DNA of 64,000 nucleotides from Candidatus Ozemobacteraceae bacterium (lineage in GTDB: Bacteria; Muiribacteriota; Ozemobacteria; Ozemobacterales; Ozemobacteraceae). Shown here one piece after another: positions 37,784 through 47,285 of this stretch. Numbering within the stretch: position 1 is the first letter of the stretch; every line of letters begins with the position of its first letter. Under the pieces are notes generated by a model. It searched no databases. It was given only the letters and a program-made list of their open reading frames with translations, and was not told where the DNA came from. A program made the position numbers and the translations under genes. Location: contig OZ223236.1 of the NCBI GenBank assembly GCA_965140445.1, positions 320,001 through 384,000 on the forward strand, in the 5' to 3' direction.

Positions 37784-38076
37784 AAATATTCCCCTTATAG
37801 GTTTTTTAATTAAAATTCGAGTCGGGGTTCGTCCATACTTTTGATTTCTTCCTACTTCTTGTCCGCCGTTTTCACTGAAGTATCCATGTTGCCTTTTCGT
37901 GTCTACGGTTAACATTTTTCGGTTTCAACCAGGTTCTGGTTTTCGCCCCTCTAAGTCTTAAGGCTTACGCTTTCAGGCTACCTACTTGAGTTACACCCCC
38001 TTTTTTGACACCTGCAAGGTAGTTTTGGCCTAAGGCTCAGTTGCAAAAGTATATGCATGAGAAAAGAAATCGTCAA
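37784..38076 (-). promoter_or_regulatory. Promoter and long structured 5' leader of the ompM-like gene
   Basis: TTGACG(38076-38071)-N17-TATACT(38053-38048) implies a ~260-nt leader, which contains nested complementary segments. Confidence 0.6.
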
Positions 38077-38208
38077 GTGATTTTTTCAAAAAAAAATTCA
38101 AATTCCTATTTTTTCCTTTTACATGCCTTTTGACAGCGGATTTTATTTTTTAACAAAATCTAATCCGCAAATCTTTTTCGGACTTTTCTTTTCAATTTTT
38201 AACGATAA

Positions 38209-38658
38209 TTAATCTTTTTCTACAAGATTCTGTTCGATTAAATATTTTTCGCCTATTAGCCAGGCAGCATAATCATCAATAGGACAGGGTGGAAGCTGCA
38301 GGCCAATCGGAACAATTTTCCAAAATCCGGTAGGAGGATTTTCAATAAAATATCTCTCCCGAGCCTTATAAGTCGTGTTTTTCTCTTCTGCAAATCTTAC
38401 AGGAGGCTCCAGATCTTGATCATTATATAGTCTACAAAGCACTGCTGCGGCCGTTCCATTTCCCATTATTACGGCCTCTGGGGCAGGCGACATTTCGCAA
38501 AATTTCTTAAACACACGATGCATTTCAGAAACATAGGCAATCCCCATCTCGCCATGACTAAGATCATAATACACAACTGCGTAGCCAACTTTATCAGAAC
38601 CAGGATCTATAGCTAGTATCCATTTTTTTGAATGCTTTTCTGTTTGTGTTTTTTCCAT
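38209..38658 (-). CDS. YqgF/RuvX-like RNase H-fold nuclease
   Basis: ILAIDPGSDKVGYAV, GNGT, EEKNTT..ARERYF, DDYAA. Confidence 0.75.
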   Translation of the reverse strand: MEKTQTEKHSKKWILAIDPGSDKVGYAVVYYDLSHGEMGIAYVSEMHRVFKKFCEMSPAPEAVIMGNGTAAAVLCRLYNDQDLEPPVRFAEEKNTTYKARERYFIENPPTGFWKIVPIGLQLPPCPIDDYAAWLIGEKYLIEQNLVEKD

Positions 38659-38740
38659 GACTGTGAATTTAATACATTTTTCAGCTTTTTAAAATAGTGC
38701 TTTTACCATTTCAAATAAAATCTACTTTGCTTAAGATTCT

Positions 38741-40006
38741 CTATGGGAGCTTTGCAATTTGCTCTAAGTTCAAATCCGAAAGTCTCACAGGAGAATAACC
38801 TCTTTCTCTTATAATTCCCAAGATTCTGGGAAGAGCATTTGCTCCATTTTTACTACCAACATGCATTAATATTACAGAACCTGATTTCAGTTTTGTTGAG
38901 ACCCGGGATATTATCTTTTCAACCGAATCTTCCCGCCAGTCAATTGTGTCTATGTTCCAGTAAACAGGTCTATACCCAAGTTCTTCAGCAAATTGCTCGA
39001 CTTTTAAATTCTGGTGTCCAAATGGAAATCTGAAAAATGGAGCCCCCTTTTGGCCAAGAACCTTTTTAAATACATTTTCTGCGGCCTCGATTTCGGCAGC
39101 GATCTTTTGCTTGCTCCAGTTTTTCATGTCTTTGTGATTCATACTGTGATTCGCAATTTCATGCCCAAGCAATAAGAGTCTTTTTGCCTTCTCTGGGTAA
39201 TTTTCTACAAATTTTCCCGTGAGGAAAAATGTCGATTTCACACCAAATTCTGAGAGCGTTTTTACAATGGATTCAAACCCACCATCTTCAGCGCCACCAT
39301 CAAATGTTAAAAAGACCTGCCCACTTTTTTTAAAAAAAGTAGAACCAGGTTTGCTTTTCTCAGTATTTATTTTCGGCAAGACCTCTATGGATTTAATTTT
39401 CTTTTTGTCTTGAACGATCTTTTTGACAATCTTTTTATTGTCTTGCGGGAACATCTGCCTCTCTATATAGGGAGAAGAGTCAGATGGGGTAGGAATCTTG
39501 ATTGGGGATTTAAAAACTAATTCTTCTCTTTTAACACTTCTGCTTCTTTCTGAAAGCGCGCGCAACCCTATTTCAAAATCAGGTTTTAGCTGGAGAGACT
39601 TTTTTAACGCCCAAATCTGATCTTTCTTCTGGCCAAATCTGCCATACAGCAAAGAGATGTTGTAGTAAGTCCAATAGGTTGGTTGGATTTTGATTGATGC
39701 TTCATACCACTTGAAGGCCAATCTATCCTGGCCAAGTCTTTGTAATGCGCTACCAATATTATTATAGAGATGTACATTTTGTGGATTATATTCAATGGCA
39801 CTTCGCCAAATTCTTATAGCGCCAATCAAATCGTTACTTCTAGCTTTTTCTATACCAATAGAATTTAATTGGGCACTCTTAATTTGCCTCGCATCAAAAG
39901 TTGTAGTTGCCGAAAACAAGAACTGGCAACAGGCCAAAAAAATGCCTGCTGCCAGAATTCGTTTAAAAATAAACTTAAGCTTTTTCTGCGACTGGTTTTT
40001 TACCAA
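38741..40006 (-). CDS. TPR + polysaccharide deacetylase (NodB/CE4) protein
   Basis: Signal/TM segment, TPRs (YNNIGSAL, YYNISLLY), then LTFDGG, TFFLTG, HSMNH, FRFPFG, DTIDW, ILMH. Confidence 0.88.
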   Translation of the reverse strand: MVKNQSQKKLKFIFKRILAAGIFLACCQFLFSATTTFDARQIKSAQLNSIGIEKARSNDLIGAIRIWRSAIEYNPQNVHLYNNIGSALQRLGQDRLAFKWYEASIKIQPTYWTYYNISLLYGRFGQKKDQIWALKKSLQLKPDFEIGLRALSERSRSVKREELVFKSPIKIPTPSDSSPYIERQMFPQDNKKIVKKIVQDKKKIKSIEVLPKINTEKSKPGSTFFKKSGQVFLTFDGGAEDGGFESIVKTLSEFGVKSTFFLTGKFVENYPEKAKRLLLLGHEIANHSMNHKDMKNWSKQKIAAEIEAAENVFKKVLGQKGAPFFRFPFGHQNLKVEQFAEELGYRPVYWNIDTIDWREDSVEKIISRVSTKLKSGSVILMHVGSKNGANALPRILGIIRERGYSPVRLSDLNLEQIAKLP

Positions 40007-41810
40007 CTCTAACAGGATCCTTTTTCCTTATTCTTACGAAATCAGGAGTAATTTCAACCCATTCATCATCGGCAACATATTCAAGAGCCTGATCCAATGT
40101 CATTCTTCTTGGGGCATGAATCTTTTCCAATTCTTCAGATGTCGCCGATCGGTGATTTGTAACGTGACGTTTTTTAACGATATTAACCTTTAAGTCACCG
40201 GCCAGTGGCCTCTCACCAACTACTAATCCTTCATAAACTTCTTCTGCTGGTCCATAGAACAAAGTCCCACGCTCTGAAAGGTTCTTTATGGCATAAGTGG
40301 TAGTAACTCCACCTTCTGTTGCAACCATAACACCATTGCGTCCGCCAGGAATTTCACCTCTGAAAGGTTCATACGCTTTAAAACATTGATTCATTATTCC
40401 GGTACCGTTGGTCATAGTAAGAAACATAGACCTGAATCCAAGAAGGCCTCTGGCAGGAACACTGAAAATTAGTCTCAGATATCCATCAGCGAGTCTCTTG
40501 GTACTTTCAAGTAAAGCGCGTCTTGGACCTAGAACTTCCATTACGATTCCCATGTAGTTCTCAGGAACATCTACAGCTAGTTCTTCTATTGGCTCAACAG
40601 TTTTTCCATTTTCGTCTTGCTTGAAAATGGCCATTGGCTTACTCACCTGTAGTTCATAACCTTCTCTTCTCATTGTTTCTACGAGAATTCCAAGATGCAA
40701 TTCGCCGCGACCAGAAACAAGGAAAGTATCTCGTTCCTGAGTTTCTTCAACTCTCATTGCAACGTTTGTTTCAAGTTCTCTATCAAGTCTGGCCCTAATT
40801 TGTCTAGCAGTAAGAAATTTTCCAGATCTCCCGGAAAATGGGCTGGTGTTTGGCGCAAAAGTCATTGAAATAACAGGCTGATCAACAGAGATAACTGGAA
40901 GAGCTTCGCAAGGCTCAATACTAACCGTATCGCCAATTGAAATATCAGCAAGACCACAAATTGCAGCAACATCGCCAGCTCCAACATCTTCAACTTCTAC
41001 CCTCTGAATTCCCTTGAAAGAATACAGTTTCAAAATCTTTTGTTTTTGAGGCTCAATATCTGGATTAATGCGATAAACTTCACTTTTAGCTTTCAATGTT
41101 CCGCTAATAATACGGCCCACACCAATTCTACCAACGTAGTCGCTGTAATCCAAGCTCGTTACAAGCATTTTTCCTGGACCTTCCAAGGAAGCGTCTGGTG
41201 GCGGAACCTGCTTGATAATTTCTTCAAGAAGAGGTTTTATACCTTCTCTTTCATCATCAAGATATCTAACTGCATAGCCTTCTCTTCCCGAGGCAAATAA
41301 AACCGGATAATCCAACAAACTGTCGTCAGCTCCAACATCAATAAACAGATCTAATACTTCGTCTGCTACTTCGTCTATCCTGGCGTCAGGTCGGTCTATT
41401 TTATTAATAACAACAACTGGTTTCAAACCAGCTGCTAAAGCTTTTTTCAGCACAAAACGAGTTTGTGGCATTGGTCCTTCAAAAGCATCAACAAGTAGCA
41501 AACATCCGTTTGCCATCTGCAATACACGCTCAACTTCACCGCCGAAATCCACGTGACCTGGCGTGTCGACCAAATTGATTCGATAATCCATAAATTCCAA
41601 AGACAGGTTTTTGGATAAAATGGTAATCCCTCTTTCCCGTTCCAGATCATTATTATCCATGAATCTTTCTTCCATTTTCTGGTTATCTCTGAAAAGACCG
41701 GATTGCTTAATCATTGCATCAACCAAAGTGGTTTTGCCATGATCAACATGGGCAATAATAGCTACGTTGCGAATAAGTGAAGGATCTTTGATTTGTCTGA
41801 CTGCTGCCAC
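39975..41810 (-). CDS. typA: Translational GTPase TypA/BipA
   Basis: AHVDHGKTT, DTPGH, NKID, GRGELHL, PARGLLGFR. GTG start. Confidence 0.97.
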   Translation of the reverse strand: MAAVRQIKDPSLIRNVAIIAHVDHGKTTLVDAMIKQSGLFRDNQKMEERFMDNNDLERERGITILSKNLSLEFMDYRINLVDTPGHVDFGGEVERVLQMANGCLLLVDAFEGPMPQTRFVLKKALAAGLKPVVVINKIDRPDARIDEVADEVLDLFIDVGADDSLLDYPVLFASGREGYAVRYLDDEREGIKPLLEEIIKQVPPPDASLEGPGKMLVTSLDYSDYVGRIGVGRIISGTLKAKSEVYRINPDIEPQKQKILKLYSFKGIQRVEVEDVGAGDVAAICGLADISIGDTVSIEPCEALPVISVDQPVISMTFAPNTSPFSGRSGKFLTARQIRARLDRELETNVAMRVEETQERDTFLVSGRGELHLGILVETMRREGYELQVSKPMAIFKQDENGKTVEPIEELAVDVPENYMGIVMEVLGPRRALLESTKRLADGYLRLIFSVPARGLLGFRSMFLTMTNGTGIMNQCFKAYEPFRGEIPGGRNGVMVATEGGVTTTYAIKNLSERGTLFYGPAEEVYEGLVVGERPLAGDLKVNIVKKRHVTNHRSATSEELEKIHAPRRMTLDQALEYVADDEWVEITPDFVRIRKKDPVRVGKKPVAEKA

Positions 41811-42088
41811 TGAATAACTCCAAAACCGTACTGTATTTTATAGACGCAGGCAGTTTAACGGAAGCAGAGGCCACTGGCAAGAACTACTTTTTTTTGGGGC
41901 TATTTATTTTTCAATTCAGTCTAACCTTTTGATTACTATTATGCTTAAAAAGTGTTTAAATTCACTGTTAATTGCTGCTTCCCAGACATTGTGATTTTTT
42001 TGTTTTGCAGCAATTTAAAAGTTCCAGGCCTTGCGGAAAATATTTCCCTGTGTACAATTAAAAAATGAATTTTACAAAGGAACCCACT

Positions 42089-43597
42089 ATGTTTAAGTAT
42101 CCTTTTGCCCATAAACTCATTTTAGCAGTGATTTTTTCCATTTTTCTTCCATTAATCCCCGTTAAAGCTTGGGGACCGGTAAGTCATATTGCCATAAGTT
42201 ACGAAGCCGGAACAAAGAATGGATTCCCAGTAAGCGATGATTTAGTCGGAGCTTTCTTAGCCGGGTCAACTGAACCCGATGTTGGGCTTGGAGACGGAAA
42301 AAGTGAAGATTATGGAGTTTATCACAGCGAAAACTATGCCAAAGCCATGGAAAATGTTGCCGATCGTCTAAAAAGCCCGGCAAAGCAAGTTCTCCAAGCC
42401 AGAGCTGCTGGCATTAGAGCACATATTGCTGCTGACTCTGCAGCACATACAAATACTGGTTATGCCAACGTAAAAAAAATGTTCTCTAATCTGGACCACG
42501 GAATGGCGGATCATACAACTAATGAGCTTTGCGTAGACATGATCCTATACGATGAACATAGAAATGGACTCAAAAAGCAGAGACTTAACTTTATGGATGT
42601 AGATACCATGATTTTGGTTAGAAAGGAATTTTCTAAAATCACGGGTCAGGCACTTTCTAATGACCGAGCACAGTTACAAAAAGAAATCATTTCACACAGA
42701 ACAATGGTCTTAACCGAGTTAAGTCTAGCAGACCACTTAAGCAAAAATGATCATGCCAAAATAGAAGGAATGAAAGAACTTTATTCAGATTTTCGCACCG
42801 GAGTAAAAGAAGGAAAAGGCGTTGATATGGCAGTTGATAGAGTTAGCTTGAACGCCAACGCAAAAGACGAAGCCAAATCCTTTAGCACTGACAACAAAGG
42901 TTTTAAGATTTTGGATTTTATGAACAACTCAGTTCTTGCCAAAAGCTTTCAAGCCTTGGAAAAAGGTGCTCTTCAGCTCATGAAGATGAAAACATTGAGA
43001 GAAAATCTAGTCAATTTGGCCGAAGGCAAGGTAAGCAATTCCCGAAATAAGGCATTCTTGAACTTTGGGTGCAATCTTTTAAATAAGGATCTAAGTTTCA
43101 AACAAGCGGTTCTTCTTGCCGGGAAAAAAATATCTGGTTATCCCGAATCGGATGAACTAAAGCTAATTTACATGGAAACAGAAGCTGAAGTCTTAAAAGC
43201 TCAGCGAGACAAAGCAAAAGAAGCTTTCGACAACCGTCCATGGTGGAAGTTCTGGTTATACCTTACCAAGGCAGACCAGAAAAAGTATCAGGAAGCTGAA
43301 AAAAAATACCAGGATCACCTAAGAAAAATTGATAGCCTCAAGGCGAACATTAAACTTGATAACCCTCAATTCACACCAGTAGCTCAAATTCTAGCTAGTG
43401 AAGCAAACTCCACAAGCTTTGAAACGAAAAAGGATTCTGGTTCCTTTAGCTCTGAAATATTGGATTTATCCTATCAGCTGAATAAAGCTTCAGAAGAGTA
43501 TAACCGTGCTGCATCAGAGCAAAATGTCTTAGAAGTAAAAAGGCTTAAAATCGAAATAGAAAACCTTAAAGCAAGAATTGCAGTTTTAAAAAATTAG
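42089..43597 (+). CDS. Secreted zinc-dependent phospholipase C-family protein with long helical C-terminus
   Basis: Signal peptide VKA|WGPVSH (mature N-terminal Trp...His), GSTEPD, HIAADSAAH, H...E..VD. Start moved to ATG 42089 after AAGGA. Confidence 0.7.
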   Translation: MFKYPFAHKLILAVIFSIFLPLIPVKAWGPVSHIAISYEAGTKNGFPVSDDLVGAFLAGSTEPDVGLGDGKSEDYGVYHSENYAKAMENVADRLKSPAKQVLQARAAGIRAHIAADSAAHTNTGYANVKKMFSNLDHGMADHTTNELCVDMILYDEHRNGLKKQRLNFMDVDTMILVRKEFSKITGQALSNDRAQLQKEIISHRTMVLTELSLADHLSKNDHAKIEGMKELYSDFRTGVKEGKGVDMAVDRVSLNANAKDEAKSFSTDNKGFKILDFMNNSVLAKSFQALEKGALQLMKMKTLRENLVNLAEGKVSNSRNKAFLNFGCNLLNKDLSFKQAVLLAGKKISGYPESDELKLIYMETEAEVLKAQRDKAKEAFDNRPWWKFWLYLTKADQKKYQEAEKKYQDHLRKIDSLKANIKLDNPQFTPVAQILASEANSTSFETKKDSGSFSSEILDLSYQLNKASEEYNRAASEQNVLEVKRLKIEIENLKARIAVLKN

Positions 43598-43600
43598 AGT

Positions 43601-43647
43601 AATAAAAAATCGAGCCAAAAGAGTTTCTTTTGGCTCGATTTTTTATT
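43601..43647 (+). terminator. Intrinsic terminator
   Basis: 22-bp inverted repeat AATAAAAAATCGAGCCAAAAGA/TCTTTTGGCTCGATTTTTTATT. Confidence 0.85.
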
Positions 43648-43702
43648 GGAAAATACAATTAAAACAGTTGTTTTTGTGCTCGTTTTGATTTACTATCCTC
43701 AA

Positions 43703-43882
43703 CGGCCAAAGAGGGAAGTCGGGTGAGAATCCCGCGCGAGTCCGTCGCCGTATTCGGGGACAAATGCTTCAAAAAGCCACTCTATCAAGGGGAAGGCGAA
43801 GCAGGAGAATGATCCGTAAGCCGGAATACCTAATACGCCAGCCTGAAGCTTTTATGCCTTCGGGATATTAAATTAGAGGTGG
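43703..43882 (+). ncRNA. Cobalamin riboswitch
   Basis: AGGGAAGTCGGGTGAGAATCCCG, GCCGT, GCCACT...GGGAAGGC, and the B12-box AGCCGGAATACCT, directly upstream of a TonB-dependent receptor. Confidence 0.9.
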
Positions 43883-43890
43883 CGGTACCC

Positions 43891-45756
43891 ATGCTCAAGA
43901 AGCTTTTTTCTACCCTTTTTTTCATTACTCTTTTTTCTTCACCAGTTTTGTCCGATCAGGCTTTAGTCCACAACGACAAAGATTCAACAATCAAACTCCC
44001 TCCGATAAAGGTTTTTGCTCCGACCTGGAACAAGTCAGAGCTTTTAACAGGGAAACCTCATACCAAAGTTGAATGCAATTCCTGGAATAACCTGACCAAT
44101 CTATCTATTTCAGACATATTAGACGGAATTTCTGGAGTTGCCGTAAGAACTCCTGGCGGACCAGGACATGTAGCTTCACCAAATCTTGGCGGCCTTAGTG
44201 GCAACAAAATACTCGTGATAAAAGATGGATTGCCAATAAACGACCCATTCACCGGGAGTCCTGACATAGGAAATTACTGCTCTGATGCATTTGAATCCGT
44301 TGAGGTTTGGCATGGAAATCAGGCATCAAGATGGGGAAGCAATAGCATTGGAGGTGTTATCAGACTTACCTCCAAGAAACCATCTGAGGGTCGATTAAAG
44401 CTATCTACCGACGGAATCGGTGGGCGCAGCTATCAATTTGAAACTGGCCTGGAACTCGAAGATGCCTACATAGGAATAAGAAAAGGATTTAACTTCACTC
44501 CCGGCTGGTCTGCAGCAAGTGAAAAAACAGGAAATACCGAGCGCGACAGTTTTGAAAGCGACAATTTTCAACTATATTTTGAGAAAATGCTAAACGACAA
44601 AACAGAATTTTCATTAAACTTTGACTGGCTAGAGAACTTGACTGAACTAGACGGGTTTAGCCTGGCAACTTCTCTCCCAATTGACTCAAAAACTTTCAGG
44701 CAAAAGAAACTAGAAGGAAATCTAAGCTTTGGATTACTGTTTAAGCATGAAAATGGTGACTTAAAATTCACGCACTCTTTCTCACATGGTGGCTATACAG
44801 GTATTGACGAAGCAAATGTTTTTAATGAATACGGTCTCGAATATTCCAGACAGATCCAAACTATTTACAGAGATTTTGATTTTGGAAATTCACAACTATC
44901 ACTGGAAGCAAGCCATCAGGAAACCTATGCGGACAATAAGCAAAACTATTCAAATCGGGAGCTTTTAAATGCTTTTTCAATTCAATATCTTAGACAATTA
45001 ACCAATCTGCTTTCTATTTCAACTTCTGCAAGGTTAGAGGACTCAAATTTCGGAAAATCACTTTCAACAGGAAATCTTGGATTGGACTACCACAAAGAAC
45101 AGTTCTCATTTTCCATAGAGCTTGGTAATGCTTCTCGTCTTCCAGCTTTTAATGAACGCTTTTACCCTAATTACGGTGACCCGGATCTAAACGCTGAGTT
45201 TTCAAATTCAATATTAGTAAAAGCAGGTTATCAGCTTAAAAACATTTGCAAACTTACAGCTGAAGCAACGCAATTTAAAATCCGCGACCTGATTGGTACA
45301 GTTTCTACTACTGATCCAAAATACACATGGGGATCAAAAGCTGCGAATCTTGGAAAAACAAAACTTCAATCTCATAAATTTGGCATTGAAAATATATCTG
45401 TAAAAGGTTTTTCCATTAGTGGCTTTGTACAAATTCTGGATAAAGCTGTTATCGAAAATAGCAACACTCAACCGGCAGGAATCTTGTCGAGACAATCAGG
45501 TTTTAAAATAGTAAAAAATTATAAAAATTACTCAGCTCAGCTTCTTTCAAAATGGTGGGGCAATAGCTGGGAAACCGCAAAAAATGATAGAGGGACGAAC
45601 CCAGGGCATGATTTAAGCTTAACCATTGCCAGAAAAACAGGAAAATTAACCACTATTTTGTGCGCGGAAAACCTCACTGACAACTCTACAGAAAGAATTC
45701 AAGGCTACACCAGGCCAGGAAGAAGATTTAAGCTGGCTGTGGAAACACTATTCTAA
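43891..45756 (+). CDS. btuB: TonB-dependent receptor, BtuB-like
   Basis: Plug domain (ILDGISGV, DGLPIND, WGSNSIGGVI), barrel ending PGRRFKLAVETLF. The substrate is inferred from the riboswitch. Start ATG 43891 after GAGGTG. Confidence 0.85.
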   Translation: MLKKLFSTLFFITLFSSPVLSDQALVHNDKDSTIKLPPIKVFAPTWNKSELLTGKPHTKVECNSWNNLTNLSISDILDGISGVAVRTPGGPGHVASPNLGGLSGNKILVIKDGLPINDPFTGSPDIGNYCSDAFESVEVWHGNQASRWGSNSIGGVIRLTSKKPSEGRLKLSTDGIGGRSYQFETGLELEDAYIGIRKGFNFTPGWSAASEKTGNTERDSFESDNFQLYFEKMLNDKTEFSLNFDWLENLTELDGFSLATSLPIDSKTFRQKKLEGNLSFGLLFKHENGDLKFTHSFSHGGYTGIDEANVFNEYGLEYSRQIQTIYRDFDFGNSQLSLEASHQETYADNKQNYSNRELLNAFSIQYLRQLTNLLSISTSARLEDSNFGKSLSTGNLGLDYHKEQFSFSIELGNASRLPAFNERFYPNYGDPDLNAEFSNSILVKAGYQLKNICKLTAEATQFKIRDLIGTVSTTDPKYTWGSKAANLGKTKLQSHKFGIENISVKGFSISGFVQILDKAVIENSNTQPAGILSRQSGFKIVKNYKNYSAQLLSKWWGNSWETAKNDRGTNPGHDLSLTIARKTGKLTTILCAENLTDNSTERIQGYTRPGRRFKLAVETLF

Positions 45757-45790
45757 AAAAAAAGCCGCCCTCCTTTGTGGGAGCGCGGCT
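45755..45790. terminator. Intrinsic terminator between convergent genes
   Basis: A-tract followed by AGCCGCCCTCC..GGAGCGCGGCT. Confidence 0.65.
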
Positions 45791-45805
45791 ATGGCTTAAA
45801 TTAAG

Positions 45806-47104
45806 CTATTTCTTCTTCTCAAACTTTATTTCGAGCAAATCTCCGAGGCCATTAAAAACAGCCTCCCAATTTGTTCCCTTTCTTAATTTCATAAACTTTT
45901 CATAACTTAAAGGAACATTTTTGATTTTCTGTATCTCAATGATGTCATTGCTTCCAGCTTTTTTAGCTTTAACAATGTAAGTTTCTTTTTTCTCGCCCGC
46001 TCTCTTATCCCCTATAGCAGCAGGAGTATTTGAAGACCCATCAATCTCCGGCCAGGCGGGTTCATCGTCTTTACCGGAAGCTGTAATAATTTTTCCCTTC
46101 ATCCAACGATTAATAGAATAGGTAACCTTTTCGTCATATACAGGTACCTTTCTATAGCGCTGCCGTTTGACCATTCGGGTTTTGGTTTTATTTTCGTAAA
46201 CAGGAACGTTTTTATAAGTAAATTCAAAGCGCCCATTTCCAAGGTTTTTCTTCTTATCCTTGACCCGCTTAGTTCCAGTTTGCACCTTTTCGGTATATGT
46301 TTCTGATACATTTTCGTATCCATCTGGAACCTGATCGTGTCTCTTGAGCTCAGATTTAGAAGAAATCCGTGTTGCTCCAGCTGGGACTTCATTTTTCCAG
46401 GCAGATTCAACAACATTTTTATATTCTTCAACCTGAATTGTCCTGGTCCAGCTATTTTCAACAATTTCAAGCTTCCCAGCTTTTTCAGAGCAACTTAACC
46501 ATGAAAAAACCAGAAATAGAAGAATAAAGATTCCGCAACCAATTTGACAACCAAATGGCAATGGTTTTGCGGGCTTAGCGGGAGCTTCACTTTTTTTGTT
46601 CTCAGCTTTTTCGACTGGCTCTTCTGTTTCTTCACTAAAGCTTTCTTCAGAAACTTTTCGCTTTTTGCCATCGGACCTGGAAGACCCACAGCCAGTACAA
46701 TTCTTTGCCCCAGAAGGACTTGTGTTTCCACAAAACTCACAAATCCAATCTGGACCGGCTTTTGCGGCAGCAAGTTCAGCTTCGTCTGTTATTGCAGGAG
46801 CATCATCGTCACAATAGAATTCTACATTCTCGCCTCTAACCGCTCCACAAGCAGAACAATTCTGCTTTGCGCCCATATTTTTTGATTCACAATTTGGGCA
46901 AAACCAATAACCTTCAACAATTTCTGTCATTGCTTCAGAGGAAGACTCTTCGGTTTCAATCTCCAACCCTTCCGTCTCTTCCAGGTGAGGTTTCTGATAT
47001 TTGATCGCTTCTTCGCGAGTCATCTTACATGGCTCACAAAAATCCACTTCCGCCCCTTTATTTTCAAGGCAAACAGGGCATTGCCATTGCTGTTTTCCAG
47101 CCAT
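45806..47104 (-). CDS. RanBP2-type zinc-finger membrane protein
   Basis: Three W-x-C-x2-C-x10-C-x2-C fingers, one TM helix, beta-rich external domain. Confidence 0.75.
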   Translation of the reverse strand: MAGKQQWQCPVCLENKGAEVDFCEPCKMTREEAIKYQKPHLEETEGLEIETEESSSEAMTEIVEGYWFCPNCESKNMGAKQNCSACGAVRGENVEFYCDDDAPAITDEAELAAAKAGPDWICEFCGNTSPSGAKNCTGCGSSRSDGKKRKVSEESFSEETEEPVEKAENKKSEAPAKPAKPLPFGCQIGCGIFILLFLVFSWLSCSEKAGKLEIVENSWTRTIQVEEYKNVVESAWKNEVPAGATRISSKSELKRHDQVPDGYENVSETYTEKVQTGTKRVKDKKKNLGNGRFEFTYKNVPVYENKTKTRMVKRQRYRKVPVYDEKVTYSINRWMKGKIITASGKDDEPAWPEIDGSSNTPAAIGDKRAGEKKETYIVKAKKAGSNDIIEIQKIKNVPLSYEKFMKLRKGTNWEAVFNGLGDLLEIKFEKKK

Positions 47105-47285
47105 TTTTGTCCCCCAGTGACAATTTTCTTTTAACTATAAAACTCAAGTATTTCTCTATATTTTTTTCTCAATATAATTTTATATCACAAATAGATAACA
47201 TATCAAAATCCTTTAAATATAAGGATTTATGAGATAAAAAAGAATTGCTTGCCTATGAACACTAATTAAAAAAAATTTTACTTTT

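Noticed and set aside
35819..37844. Several antisense and alternative-frame ORFs over the ompM-like gene
   Set aside because: They are an expected by-product of strong codon bias and show no protein-like motifs.
37784..37915. N-terminal extension of the ompM-like ORF
   Set aside because: The signal peptide and SD indicate a start at 37783. The upstream part is better explained as 5' UTR.
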